Shown: positions 19,297 to 30,300, counted from the first letter of the stretch. The stretch: 64,000 bases of DNA from a virus (IMGVR_UViG_3300031992_000051:31688-95687); one strand, 5' to 3'. Notes: a model not told the origin generated them from the sequence alone. Translations and numbers: made by a program.

Positions 19297-19835
19297 TGCT
19301 TTTTCCTCCAGCAGCCGTCGGGGACGCCGCTCCACTCGGGGAGCTCGGACGCCTCGACGGCGGTGACTACGGACTCGAAGGTGGCGGCGGCCCGGCAGAT
19401 GCCGGACAGGTCGTCGTCCGGGATGCGGCGCCTGCGGCCCTGGAACCGCTCGGCGATCCACTGGAGGTTCCCCGTGCAGGTGAGGCACACGTTCCGGTCG
19501 TGCTGCCTGCACTGGCGGCACACCGCGAGCCGGCGGACCATCTCGTCGTACGGGACGATGTTCTTCTGGAAGTACGGGACCGCGTTGGTCCGGGCCTCCT
19601 TCATCGTGAACGTCTTGCGCCCGCCCTCCGTGCAGTACCAGTCCGGCATGTCGGGGCACATGTACACGGCGACGGCGTCCTCGGGGACGGCCCTCACGCC
19701 GTGCCTCTCGAAAAGCGCCGTGACGAGGCCACGCATCGTGAACCAGTCGCGGGCCTCCACCCTCTCGCCGTTCAGCTCGAAGTAGAACTTGCCGCCGGGC
19801 GGCGGGCACATGACGGACTTGAACCTCGCGCTCAC
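19293..19835 (-). CDS. Cys-rich hypothetical protein (180 aa; CxxC-x6-CxxC)
   Basis: GTG start 19835 overlapping the upstream stop; contains VCRQCRQHDRNVCLTC. Confidence 0.7.
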   Translation of the reverse strand: MSARFKSVMCPPPGGKFYFELNGERVEARDWFTMRGLVTALFERHGVRAVPEDAVAVYMCPDMPDWYCTEGGRKTFTMKEARTNAVPYFQKNIVPYDEMVRRLAVCRQCRQHDRNVCLTCTGNLQWIAERFQGRRRRIPDDDLSGICRAAATFESVVTAVEASELPEWSGVPDGCWRKKQ

Positions 19836-20332
19836 CTCTTCCCCACCTTCCTCGAAACCGTGACCGCGGTCTTCTTCTGCGTCTGGAACCCCGACTTCTT
19901 CAGGATGTCCTCGGCCGCCTTGACGGCCTCCTCCCGCACGGGCGTCTCGTGGCCCAGCGGCATCGGGGCCTCCTCGCGGACGGGTTCGACCCTCGCGTCG
20001 GACGGCGGAGGGAGCGGCGACACCCCGTTGCGCATGTGCATGAAATAGAGGTACTCCTCGCGGGACGTCGGGACGTGCGGGTTGAATCCCCCCATCGCCC
20101 AGACCTTGCCGTTCTCGTCCGTCACGTGCTTCAGCACCTTCCCCGTCCAGAAGCACATCGTCGGGGCCGTGCCGGGCGCGTGCGGCGACACGGGCGAGTA
20201 CGTCTCCGGCGCGAAGAACTGCGGGGGCTTCCCCGACCTCACGCGCATGAACGTCTCCACGGGCTCGTCCGTGTAGGGGTTGACGATCCCCTGGAACGCC
20301 TTGCCGTTGCACTTGTACGTCTGCTGGAACAT
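19832..20332 (-). CDS. Hypothetical protein (166 aa)
   Basis: AGGAG SD; coupled to its neighbours. Confidence 0.7.
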   Translation of the reverse strand: MFQQTYKCNGKAFQGIVNPYTDEPVETFMRVRSGKPPQFFAPETYSPVSPHAPGTAPTMCFWTGKVLKHVTDENGKVWAMGGFNPHVPTSREEYLYFMHMRNGVSPLPPPSDARVEPVREEAPMPLGHETPVREEAVKAAEDILKKSGFQTQKKTAVTVSRKVGKR

Positions 20333-20341
20333 TCCGCTCTC

Positions 20342-20758
20342 CTAGTTGTACAGGGGGATGGTCGGCGCGAGCCGCCCGTCCCACTTCAGTTTTCCGTTCT
20401 CGAACTCGTAGAGGACGATCGAGGCCGCGGCGGTGTTGTCCGCGTTCTTCGACACCTCGGCGGTGAACCCGCCCTCGCCGTCCGCCTTCACGTGGACGTA
20501 CACCGTGGCGGAGCCGCTGATCGCCCCGAGCGTCGTGGCCTCCACGTCGACCTTCACGAGACCGCAGTACACCCAGCCCTCGCCGACCTTCCATCCATCG
20601 GTCTTGCTCTTCGAGAGGGCGAACAGCGCGGCGTGGCTCCCGGCCACGTCCGCGTCGAACTTCACTCCGGTGTCTCCGGCCGAGAAGGACGGAGTCATCA
20701 TCGTGGGGGTCGAGCCGAAGCCCGGCGTCACTGGCGATACCATCAGACCGTCGGCCAC
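20342..20758 (-). CDS. Hypothetical virion protein (138 aa, beta-rich)
   Basis: GTG start after GGAGGTG. Confidence 0.65.
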   Translation of the reverse strand: MADGLMVSPVTPGFGSTPTMMTPSFSAGDTGVKFDADVAGSHAALFALSKSKTDGWKVGEGWVYCGLVKVDVEATTLGAISGSATVYVHVKADGEGGFTAEVSKNADNTAAASIVLYEFENGKLKWDGRLAPTIPLYN

Positions 20759-20759
20759 G

Positions 20760-23700
20760 TCACACCTCCCACTCTATGTCCTCGGCCTGGTTGCCGGTCA
20801 CCTCGACGTACTCGATGCTCGTCTTCGCACGCTGCACGAGGCGGAGGTGGACGGAGCCGGACGAGGGGATGACCTGGCACGACGTGCCCTCGATGAGCTT
20901 CTTATTCTGGATATACGCGAGGACGGCGCTGTGCCAACCGCGCCCCATGATCTCCTTTATGTCGCGGGACACCGTCACCTGGCGGTAGCCCGTCACGGCG
21001 CCGGTCTCGTTGTCGAACACCGGGGTCATGTTGCACGACACGAGCGTGTAATCCCACTCGGCCTGCAAGGTCCAGTCATTAGCCTTGTCGACGTCCTTGC
21101 CGCCACTCGACACGTCCCAGTGGAACATCGCGGAGTACTGGCCGTCATAGAGGCCGTACTGGTTCAGGACACACGATGGGGTGAACGACGCGGCGGAGGG
21201 CGCGTTGGTCGCGAGCCCGATGAGCCCAGTAGACTGGCACTTGGCGTCGAAGTACTGCTGCGCCGCGTCGCGGACGGCGTTGCGCTCCGTGATCGTCGCG
21301 TTCCTGAAATAGAACGTCTTGCCCTCGACGAACTGCGTGCTGACCTCGTCGTCCCACGCCCGGTGGATCGGCGTGACCTTCGTCACCACCTCGTCGGCGG
21401 AACCGCCACGGTTGTAGTTGATCTGCTTGCCCATCGTGAGCAGGCCGTGCGATCCGCCCGTGAGCTCATCGAGCGCCGTCACGTCAGGCGACGACTTGTT
21501 GGCATCGGTCCGCACCTCCGTCTTGCGGAAGTGGTCGGCCTCGAAGTTGATCCTCGCGTCGGGGACATTCTTCTCCGTCGTCGTGCGCGTCACCGTCTTC
21601 GCGAAGCCGTAGTCGTCGAGCTCCGAGGTCTTGGTGTGGTAGTAGCCCGTGCCCTTGGAGACGACGCCGGGATCGGTCTTGTCGACCTCGCCCTCGCTCA
21701 TCTCCACCTCGTCGTTCACGGTCGAGTAGAGGTCCTGCGACCAGTAGGCGGAGTCCTCCTTCGCGGAGGCCTGTAGCTCCACCTTCGTGAAGTCGGTCGT
21801 GCCGCCGGGGTTGTACGAGTGGCTCTGGCTGCACCCGACGTTCGACTCGCCGGGGTCCTGCGCGGTCGTGGTGACGTTGCGGTCGACGGTCGTCGTGATG
21901 AGCCCGCGCCTCGTGCGGCGGTACTCGACGCGCGCCTGCTGCACGGCCTTCTCGGTCGTGGTGCGCGTCACCGTCTTCACGAAGCCGTAGTCGTCGAGCG
22001 TCGAGTCCTTGATGACGGTCGTGCCGTCGGCGCGCGTCGGGGCGTTGTCGTCCACCTCGCCCGTCGACATGACGACCGCGTCGTCCACGTCCTCGAACTT
22101 CGTGCGCGCGTGGTGCGCGGCGTCCTTCTTCGAGGAGGCGGTGGGCTCCGTCACGGTGAGGTTGTAGCGCCCGCCCGGCGTCATCTCGTCGGACTGCGTG
22201 CAGCCGACGGCGGTCTCGCCGGGGTCGGCGGCGGTCGTCGCGGTGTTGCGCGTCACGGTCGTCTTGATGAGGCCGCGCGCCGTGCGGCGGTACGTGTGGC
22301 TCGCCACCTGCTCGGTCTCGGTCGTCGTGCGCTTCACCTTGCGGACGAAACCGTACTCGTCCATCTGCTCGTCGACCGTGCCGTAGCTGCCGTTCCCGGC
22401 CTCGGCGTGCTCGCTCGAGAGGGACGTCGCCATCGACACCACGTCGTCCGTGTGCTCGAACACGGTCTTCGCGCAGCGGCGGGAGTCGGGGTTGGAGCTC
22501 GCGGTGACGGTGACGGTCGTGAGGTTGTACCTCCCGCTCGGCGTCTTCTCGTGGGACTTCGACTCGCCGGGGTGCCCCGTGCCGGGGTCGGTCGCGGCGG
22601 TCGTGACGTTGCGGTCGACGCGCGTCGTGACGAGCCCGCGCGTGGTGCGGCGGTACGAGAGCTGCGCCTCCGTCACCGGCTTCTCGGTCGTGGTGCGCTC
22701 GACGATCTTCGTGAAGCCGTACTCGTCGGTGTCGGCGGTCTTCGTCTGGTACGTGCCCGCGCCCGCGTCGGGGGCGGCCGCGTGGAAGCTGCTCGGTATT
22801 CCCTCGTCCGTCATCGTGACGGCGTCGTCCACCTCCTCGAAGATGGTCTTCGCGCACCTCGCGGAGTCGGGCGTCGCGGAGGCCTCGACCTCCGTGACGG
22901 TGAGGTTGTAGAGCCCGCCAGGCGTCACCTCGTGCGCCTGCGTCTCGCCGATGCGCACGGGCTTCACGGCGGCAGTGGACGTGTTGCGGGTGACGGTCGT
23001 CGTGATCGTCCCGCGCAGGGTCTTGCGGTAGGTCTTCCCCGCCTCGTGCTCGTTCTCCTTCGTGGTCGTCTCGGTTCGCGTGACAGAGCCGTTCCTGTTC
23101 AGCTCGGAGGACTTCTCGTAGACGTAGCCGCCGCCCGCCGCCCTGACGTGCGCGGTCGGGTCGACCGTGCCTGCCGGGTCGGTCGTCGACTTCGAGTCGA
23201 CGTGCGAGAACACGTCGGAGCGGCACGTGGCGCGGATGTCGAGCGCGCCCGTCGTGCGGTCCACCTCGACCACCGTGACGTCGTAGAGCCCGCCGGGCGT
23301 CCGCTTGTTGACTATGGTCTTGCCGATGTTGGCGATCGCGAACGCGGGCGCGGAGCCCGCGGCCGACGCTGGCTGGTTGCGGTCGGTCTTCGTGTGGGTC
23401 ACGCCGTCGAGCGAGACCTCCCACCGCTCCTCCGCCTTCTCGACGCCCTTCTCCTGCTCGACGGTGAGGGTCTGCGTGACCGCGCCCTCCTCGTCCATGT
23501 CGGTGTCACGGGAGACGATCTTGCCGCCGACCCCGCCGCCCTCGACGTGGTCGTCGTCCTCCGGCATCGTCGCGCCGCCCGTCGTCTTCGAGTCGACGTG
23601 GGAGAAGAGGTCCTCCTTGCAGCGGTCGCCCGCGACGACCGGATCGGTCCTGTCGAACGTGGTGACGGTGTTGTTGTAGAGCCCGCCCGGCGTCTTCTCG

Positions 23701-24809
23701 TACCGGGCCGCGCCCCCGACCTCCACGTCGGTCGTGCTGACGGGCGCGGACTGGTTGGTGTTGACGACGGTGGTGCGCTTGCCCTTGCGGCCCACGCGCA
23801 CCTCGACGGAAGACTGGCTCACCGGGCGCTCGACCTTCACCTTGCGCTGCACGGTGAAGGTGCCGTCCGGCTGGAGCTGCGAATCATAGTCGCGAATGAC
23901 ACCGCCGGAGGCGTCGGGCGCGATGCCGAGCGGCACGACCGCGCCGGTCGCCGCCTCCTCGTGCTGGCCCTCGTACTGCGTGTGGGTGGACGAGTCGCGG
24001 ACGGTCGCGGCCTTGTTGGACTCCCTCACGACCTGGAACTTGAGCGTGCAGTCGGCGTTCTCGAGGAGGCCCTCGATCCGCACCGACGTGCCGCCGGACG
24101 TGCCGGCCGCGGGGATGTCGAGGAGCGCTCCCGTCTGGTCGACGTACCGTCCCGACGAGTCGGTGTACACGTTGTCCCACAGCTCGTGCGTGACGATCTT
24201 CGTCGCGTCGTCCTGCACGGTTGTCTCGGGGACGTGCTGCGTGAGCGCGACGCGCTTCACGACCTGGTAGTCGAACGTCCCGTCCTCCTTGCGGTTGACG
24301 GCGGCGATCGCGTAAGTGACGCCCTGCCCGCCTTCGGGGATGTCCTCGATGTCGCCCGCGTCCCACACGTAGTCGGTCTCGACCGTCTCCGAGCAGGAGC
24401 TCGACGACCCGAGCTTGTACGCGTCCTTGTTGTCGAACTCGACGAGGTCCTGGATGAGGGTGTACGTCGCGTCCGGCCTCACCGCGCCGACGGCGGCGGC
24501 CTGCGCGTCGCGCTGCCACAGGGTGAGGGTCGGGCGGTACGCGGTCTCGAAGTCGACGCCGTTCGCGATGACGCCGGTGTACGGGGCCTGCTCGAGGAGG
24601 AAGTCGATGGCGGGCTTCACGAACGCCCACGGCACGCCCTCGAGGAACCGGCGTATGCGCGTCGGTATCTCCTTGCGCGTCCCGTCCTTCCTCAGCCGCA
24701 GGCGCTTCGAGAGCACCTGCAAGCGCCACCTGTCCTTGGCGGAGGTGATCCAGGCCCTGGCCTGTTCGAGCTTTATGGAATCACGAGACTTCATGGGGGA
24801 AAACGCCAT
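20760..24809 (-). CDS. Large Thr-rich putative tail protein with ~120-130 aa internal repeats (~1345 aa)
   Basis: Real start is ATG 24809 or 24794, not 25961. Six full repeats plus a partial one (YRRTxRGL..TPGGxYNLT..C..F..DxYGF..RTTTEK). Confidence 0.7.
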   Translation of the reverse strand: MAFSPMKSRDSIKLEQARAWITSAKDRWRLQVLSKRLRLRKDGTRKEIPTRIRRFLEGVPWAFVKPAIDFLLEQAPYTGVIANGVDFETAYRPTLTLWQRDAQAAAVGAVRPDATYTLIQDLVEFDNKDAYKLGSSSSCSETVETDYVWDAGDIEDIPEGGQGVTYAIAAVNRKEDGTFDYQVVKRVALTQHVPETTVQDDATKIVTHELWDNVYTDSSGRYVDQTGALLDIPAAGTSGGTSVRIEGLLENADCTLKFQVVRESNKAATVRDSSTHTQYEGQHEEAATGAVVPLGIAPDASGGVIRDYDSQLQPDGTFTVQRKVKVERPVSQSSVEVRVGRKGKRTTVVNTNQSAPVSTTDVEVGGAARYEKTPGGLYNNTVTTFDRTDPVVAGDRCKEDLFSHVDSKTTGGATMPEDDDHVEGGGVGGKIVSRDTDMDEEGAVTQTLTVEQEKGVEKAEERWEVSLDGVTHTKTDRNQPASAAGSAPAFAIANIGKTIVNKRTPGGLYDVTVVEVDRTTGALDIRATCRSDVFSHVDSKSTTDPAGTVDPTAHVRAAGGGYVYEKSSELNRNGSVTRTETTTKENEHEAGKTYRKTLRGTITTTVTRNTSTAAVKPVRIGETQAHEVTPGGLYNLTVTEVEASATPDSARCAKTIFEEVDDAVTMTDEGIPSSFHAAAPDAGAGTYQTKTADTDEYGFTKIVERTTTEKPVTEAQLSYRRTTRGLVTTRVDRNVTTAATDPGTGHPGESKSHEKTPSGRYNLTTVTVTASSNPDSRRCAKTVFEHTDDVVSMATSLSSEHAEAGNGSYGTVDEQMDEYGFVRKVKRTTTETEQVASHTYRRTARGLIKTTVTRNTATTAADPGETAVGCTQSDEMTPGGRYNLTVTEPTASSKKDAAHHARTKFEDVDDAVVMSTGEVDDNAPTRADGTTVIKDSTLDDYGFVKTVTRTTTEKAVQQARVEYRRTRRGLITTTVDRNVTTTAQDPGESNVGCSQSHSYNPGGTTDFTKVELQASAKEDSAYWSQDLYSTVNDEVEMSEGEVDKTDPGVVSKGTGYYHTKTSELDDYGFAKTVTRTTTEKNVPDARINFEADHFRKTEVRTDANKSSPDVTALDELTGGSHGLLTMGKQINYNRGGSADEVVTKVTPIHRAWDDEVSTQFVEGKTFYFRNATITERNAVRDAAQQYFDAKCQSTGLIGLATNAPSAASFTPSCVLNQYGLYDGQYSAMFHWDVSSGGKDVDKANDWTLQAEWDYTLVSCNMTPVFDNETGAVTGYRQVTVSRDIKEIMGRGWHSAVLAYIQNKKLIEGTSCQVIPSSGSVHLRLVQRAKTSIEYVEVTGNQAEDIEWEV

Positions 24810-24810
24810 A

Positions 24811-24839
24811 ATTATACCATATCGAGACGTGCGGGTCAA
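24811..24839 (-). promoter_or_regulatory. sigma70-type promoter (TTGACC-17-TATAAT, extended -10)
   Basis: Near-consensus; the -35 overlaps the terminase stop codon. Confidence 0.7.
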
Positions 24840-26665
24840 TCGCGGCAGGCGTAGCCCTCGTCCTCGGGGAACCCGCCCGCCCACGTCTCCTCGGCCGGCA
24901 CGGAGATCAGGGGCTTCACGGGCTGGACGGAGACGAGGGCCTGCGGCTCCATGACGGGCATCGAGCCGAACGGGGAGACGCCGAGGCGCTCCTTGACGAT
25001 GAGCGCCGCGAGCGCGCACGCGTCGCACTCGTCCGGAGACTTCTTGAACCGGACCTTGAATACCTTCTTCTCCTCGAGCCGGAGCGGGGAGACGACCGCG
25101 CCCGTCGCGCCCCTCGTCGCGAACCGCCGGGTCGTGAGCGCCCGCAGCGCCTCGAGCGGGAGCCCGCGCACCATCCCCGCCTTGCAGAAGTCGGCGAGGA
25201 CGCACCACGCCTCCGTGCCCCTGTCGTACACGACGTCCTTCGCGGGGCGCGGGTCGTTGGCCCGCATCGGGGTGTCGGACGCCCTCACCGAGTTGTTCAC
25301 GCCGAGGCAGTCGGCGCCCGCGTAGATGAGGAGGTCGTCGGCGAGGCCCTGGTTCGCGGACGAGTCGACGGCCGTGTTGTAGAACGACGCCTCGTAGGGC
25401 TTGCGCATGATGTCGATCACCTGGTCGCGCATCTGCTGGACGGGCGGGCGCGGGTCGGTCGCGTGGATCTGTAGCCGCTGGAGCCCGTTCGTGAAGTCGA
25501 GGTAGGGGCGCCCCACCACGTCCCGGCGGAGGAAGCACCTCGCGCGGACGGCCCCGTCGCCTCCCTCCGACCACGCGGGGTCGATGCCGGCCGCGACCGC
25601 GACGATCGGGTCGGGCGAGTAGAGGTCGACCGTGTCGGTCACGTGGTTCTGGGCGGCGGTGCGGACGTCGAGCACCGTCGGGACGTTCGAGCCGGACGGG
25701 ACGGGGAAGCCCCGCACCATCTGCCAGTAGACGGGCGCGTCCTCGTTCCCGTCGCAGTCGGCGAGGTTCGCGTCCACGACCTCCTTCGTTATGAGGAACG
25801 GGAACTCCTTCGAGGTCTCCGGCTTCACCACCGTTATGCACTTGAGGCCGTCGTGGTGCCGGACCAGGAACCCGCGCGTCGACGTCCAGAGCCCGGTGTT
25901 CACGTCCACCGACGCGGCGCCGCCAGGCGGCACGCAGTACTGGCACGACTCGTCCTCCCACGACGCCGGGTTCGCGAGGGCGAAGAACCGGAAGTCCTCC
26001 GCGCCCACGCGGAGGTTCTGCATCGCCTTCTTAATGTTGTCGTGGTGGGTGATGGTCGCGAGCTCGTCGATGACAAGGCGGACGTACCGCGCGTGCGCGC
26101 CCTGCAACTTGCCGGAGTCCTCGCTGTCGTTCACGGCGACGCCGACGATCCCGGCCTTCTCGCCGATCGACTCGGGCGAGTCGTCCGCGTCGTCGTTCAG
26201 GATCGCGTAGCCGGACTTGGAGAACTTGCCCGGGACGGCGAGCCCGAGCTTGTTGCGGCGGAGCGCCGCGAAGTACGTGACGACCGCGTTCCACGACCGG
26301 GACTTGAGGGACTGCTTGTCCGTCGAGCCGAGGCGGATCACCGTGTCGAACGGGTCGGTGATCCAGTCGAGGAGCATCAGGAGGCCGTAGTCGTTCGACT
26401 TGCCGCACGAGGCGCACCCCCACGTGATGCAGCCCTTCTCGGCCATCACCCAGTCGTGGAAGTGCTCCTCCGTCCAGGGCGGGACCTTGAAGTACTGCTC
26501 GGGTATGAGGGCCTTCGCGGCGTCGAGCATGGGGACCCAGGGGTCCTTGAACTCGACGCCGTACTGCGCCTTGAACTGCCGCCACTTCTTCGCGACCGTG
26601 AGGTCGATGAAGGCGTCGTGCATCTCGGCGGGCCAGTCGACCCCGTGTCTCCACTTGTACGTCAC
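24836..26665 (-). CDS. terL: Terminase large subunit (609 aa)
   Basis: Walker A GCASCGKS, Walker B LVIDE, coupling motif ALANP, nuclease motifs GIDPAW and KSPDECDA. GTG start 26665 overlaps the upstream TGA. Confidence 0.9.
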   Translation of the reverse strand: MTYKWRHGVDWPAEMHDAFIDLTVAKKWRQFKAQYGVEFKDPWVPMLDAAKALIPEQYFKVPPWTEEHFHDWVMAEKGCITWGCASCGKSNDYGLLMLLDWITDPFDTVIRLGSTDKQSLKSRSWNAVVTYFAALRRNKLGLAVPGKFSKSGYAILNDDADDSPESIGEKAGIVGVAVNDSEDSGKLQGAHARYVRLVIDELATITHHDNIKKAMQNLRVGAEDFRFFALANPASWEDESCQYCVPPGGAASVDVNTGLWTSTRGFLVRHHDGLKCITVVKPETSKEFPFLITKEVVDANLADCDGNEDAPVYWQMVRGFPVPSGSNVPTVLDVRTAAQNHVTDTVDLYSPDPIVAVAAGIDPAWSEGGDGAVRARCFLRRDVVGRPYLDFTNGLQRLQIHATDPRPPVQQMRDQVIDIMRKPYEASFYNTAVDSSANQGLADDLLIYAGADCLGVNNSVRASDTPMRANDPRPAKDVVYDRGTEAWCVLADFCKAGMVRGLPLEALRALTTRRFATRGATGAVVSPLRLEEKKVFKVRFKKSPDECDACALAALIVKERLGVSPFGSMPVMEPQALVSVQPVKPLISVPAEETWAGGFPEDEGYACRD

Positions 26666-27003
26666 GGGACCTTCTTGAGCCCCCTGATGATCGCCTCCGC
26701 GATCTCGCCCGCGGCCTCGCCGCCCGCCACGATGATCTGCGTGTGGTTCGTGGAGACGTCGGAGTTGAGGTCGTTGAGCGCGAGGGAGACGACGTTCGTG
26801 CCGATGGTGACGCCGAGCGACCCGAACGACGTCCATACGCCGTACGAGTAGTAGCTCGCGTCCCACCCGCCCTCGACGATGCAGACGACGTTCGTCTGCC
26901 CCGGCGGGACGTACACGACGGGGTCGTGCTTGTGGACCGAGATGGAGCGGCAGCCAAGCGCGAGCAGGGCCGCCGCCACGCACCCGAACACGACGCGCTT
27001 CAT
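26662..27003 (-). CDS. Predicted lipoprotein (113 aa)
   Basis: Start ATG 27003: MKRVVFGCVAAALLALG-C, a signal peptide with lipobox. Confidence 0.7.
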   Translation of the reverse strand: MKRVVFGCVAAALLALGCRSISVHKHDPVVYVPPGQTNVVCIVEGGWDASYYSYGVWTSFGSLGVTIGTNVVSLALNDLNSDVSTNHTQIIVAGGEAAGEIAEAIIRGLKKVP

Positions 27004-27341
27004 CAGTCGAGCTCCAGGTCGAACCACTTCTCGAGGTAGTGCTTGAGGCCCTTCCAGCCGATGCCGAAGAGCGAGAAGCCGTTCCAGAGGAGGCTCACGC
27101 CCACCCCGCTCTGCTTCGGGACCCACTTGTCGACGGTCGCCCCGAACACGGCGTTGAGGTTCTGCTCCTCCGTCGCGTCGACGTTCCCGTCCTTGAACGA
27201 AGCGATCCACGTCTGGCCGATGGCCGCGACGTCGCCTCCGACTTCGAGGGCCACCTTAGTGTTCTTGTCCTCGAAGCTCTTCTTCGCCGCCTTCTTGACG
27301 AGGGCCGCGTAGATCTTCTTGATGATGTCGTTGCTGTTCAT
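27003..27341 (-). CDS. Small protein with C-terminal hydrophobic/amphipathic segment (112 aa)
   Basis: AAAGGAG SD; VGVSLLWNGFSLFGIGW segment. Confidence 0.7.
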   Translation of the reverse strand: MNSNDIIKKIYAALVKKAAKKSFEDKNTKVALEVGGDVAAIGQTWIASFKDGNVDATEEQNLNAVFGATVDKWVPKQSGVGVSLLWNGFSLFGIGWKGLKHYLEKWFDLELD

Positions 27342-27362
27342 AGGATTCTCCTTTGCGCGTCT

Positions 27363-27371
27363 ATTATACCA
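27363..27371 (-). promoter_or_regulatory. Extended -10 promoter (TGGTATAAT), weak -35
   Basis: TGGTATAAT 21 nt upstream of ATG 27341. Confidence 0.55.
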
Positions 27372-27374
27372 AAA

Positions 27375-30300
27375 TCACGGGGCCACGTACACCACGCCGC
27401 CCATCGTCGAGCAGATGGCGCACCCGGACGGGACGCCCCACGGGTAGTTCGGCATGTCCCGGATGTCCTTCGGGGACTTGTCGATGTAGAGGGCCTCCAG
27501 CTTCTCCTGCGCGTCCTCGAAGCCCTTGAAGGTGAAGCAGTCCTTGCCGATGGAGTACACCCACGGCGGCACGGCGACGGAGTTCGCCTTCACGGCGACG
27601 GGCAGGGCCTTCACATTCGCGAAGGCATACATCACACGGCTGGGAGCATCGGCCGTGTCTCCGGCGAGCTGGGGTACGGTCGCCTGAAACCAGAACCGCT
27701 GCTGCGCCTCCTGGTCCATGCGCCTCTCCGCGGTCAGCCAACTCCAGATGCTGAACTCACATTCGGGCGCGTTCGCGGCGGAGGAGACGGGGACATCGAA
27801 CATCTGGTACGTGGCGGTCCACGTCCCTGTATTGCGGTCGAACGCAAGCCGCAGCGCCTCGGCGCCGAGCACCATGTCGTACCAGACGTCAGACACGAAC
27901 GCCGTCGTCGACGCTTGCAGCTGCTGGAACGCGTACTTCATGGCGTCGTACGGCGGGCACGACACGTAGCCCCGAGTGTAATGCAGACTCACGTACGACG
28001 AGTCCGCAGCCAAGTTCGTCACGGTGAACGTCATCGTGAGCGCGCCGACCTTCAGCGTCGCGACGTTGCCCTGCACGCCCAGAACCTCAACCGGGCCGGA
28101 GAGCCCGGACGTGCTCCCGAACGACGGGGCGTCGGCCCCGTAGGGGAAATCGTAGCCGGACGTGGAGATCGTCACGTCTCCATTCAGGCTCGCCGTGGCC
28201 GCATGGTCGGAGTCGAGCGCCAGCGACGGGACGAGGACGCCGTTCACCGTCGTGTACGTCACGTTGAGGAGGATGTAGTCGGTATCGTCCCAGTTCACGT
28301 ACAGCTTGAGGGATTCGGGGATGTAGTCATTGTCCCCGTCGATCTCCTGCACGTAGAACTTCGACGAGCCGCACAGGTCGTCTATCGCGTCCCTGTACGC
28401 GTCCACGGTGGGCGACGACCACCCGGCGAGCCCCGGAACAGGGACCGTGTACTGAAGCGAGTGCGTGAACGGTACGCCCGCGAAGCACCGGACCGGGAAC
28501 TGCGTGACGCCGAACGGGATCCAGTCGAGGGAACCCAGCCCGGTGCAGCCCTCGAAGCACGACGCGCCGACCGAATTGAGGAGCGGGACGGCGGAGTACT
28601 TCGTCGTCGCCTCGGCGACGGGGTAGCCAGGCCACACGCTGCCGAGGTCGGTCACGGCTACACCGGTGATCATCGCCGTGGCCCCGGTGACAGTATTGCC
28701 GCTCACCGCGCGGTCGACCTTCACGCTCACGAGCGTCTCGAACCTCCGGCCCTCCGTCTCGAGGACGAGTCTCACGTACCCGTCTGTGGATATGGACACA
28801 GGGGAGAAGCCTGTCTCATCCGGCCGGCTTCTCGCGGGAGCGACGGCCTCCGGGTCCCAGGACTCCGAAGGCGCGTACTCGTCGGGATCGTACGAACGCA
28901 ACGCCACAAGCGTACTGTCCGACGTCCCGTCGTACGAGTAGATATACCCACCTGTCCTGGACTGTTCACAGGACACGCTCGCCAGCGCCGCAGCATAGTC
29001 GGAAGCCGAAGACGGAGTGACCGGCACCCCATGCGCGTCCAGCTTGGGAGGCCCAGACGTGCTTGGGTCGTCCTTGACCCGCACAATAAAATCGAGATCA
29101 TCGGCAAGATGGAACGCTATGGTGAAATCCATGCCGGACGAACGCGGGTAGGAGCTAGTATAGACATCATAGTCGGACAGCGCGTCCCGTACCCTCTGCA
29201 CAGCCGTCGCAGACGACGAAGCCTCCAGCTCTGCCGTAAACGCAGAGTCCGACAGACTCGTGTCTCCCTCAAAGCACGACGCCCCAAAGTGCGTGACGGC
29301 GCGAGCGGATGTGAAAGCGGCGAGAGGCGGATAGCTCGTCACCAGATCTTCCGCCGACCGTTCGCCTGACGCCCTCCACAGCTCCTTGCACAATATGGGT
29401 GCCGCGGAGTACAGCTCGGGCCACTTGTCCTCCACCGCGCACTTCACGTCGGCAAGCGCCACCGCGCCGGCGAACGCGTACGAGCCGAAGGAAGAGACTC
29501 CGCGCGGCACGCCGCCGGCCGTCGCCAGGCTCTCGCATCCGCGGAAAGCCTGTGACGAGACGAACGGAACCTTCGACGGAAACCCCGTCAGCGCCGTAAG
29601 CGGTGTGTTCATGAACGCTCCCGCCCCGACGGTGCGCACGTGGCTGAACGGAGAAAGCGATGCCACGGCGGTATTGGCGAAGCAGAACGGCGGGACGTCC
29701 TCGATAAGAAACGGGTAAGCGGTCGGGGCCAGGTACGAACACCCGTCAAAGCAGTGCGCGGACAGCATCGAGGCCGGCGTCACCATGTTCAGGTCGTGCA
29801 GCGCCGACAGCGCGGCGCCGCCGTCGGTCAGCTTCGACAGCACGTACGTCTCCAGCGAGGAGATGTCCATGTCGTCGCAGAAATACGGCGTTATGCTCCC
29901 GCCGTTCACCTTGGACACCAGCGCGGCGGCCACGTAGACCATGAACCGCATGAAGTTGATCGCCTGCCCCTCCTTCGTCGGCGAAGGCTGGTACTGCCGC
30001 CGGTCGAGGCTCGCGTTCACGACTATGTGCCCGTTGCGCTGCACCTCTGCCGAGACCGCCTTCATCTTCGCGTCCTCGATCCTTATGGTGTACACGATCT
30101 TGAGGGTGGTCGAGCCGCCATTGGCAGTCTTGGTCACCTCCTTGACCACATTGCCGTCCACGTTCAACGGGATGTCATAGAACACCACGTCGTCGTTCAC
30201 GCCAGGACAGCACATCCAGAGATTGCACAGCGTAGACGTTTGGCCCGGCAGCTGAATACCGACGACCGTGTGCCTAGCACCGTTGCTGGCATAAGGATGC

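Noticed and set aside
24810-25961. N-terminal extension of the 1733-aa ORF and similar upstream extensions in the track (portal, capsid, adaptor, terL)
   Set aside because: The extensions overlap upstream genes in another frame and have shadow-like composition; starts were reassigned using SDs and stop/start coupling.
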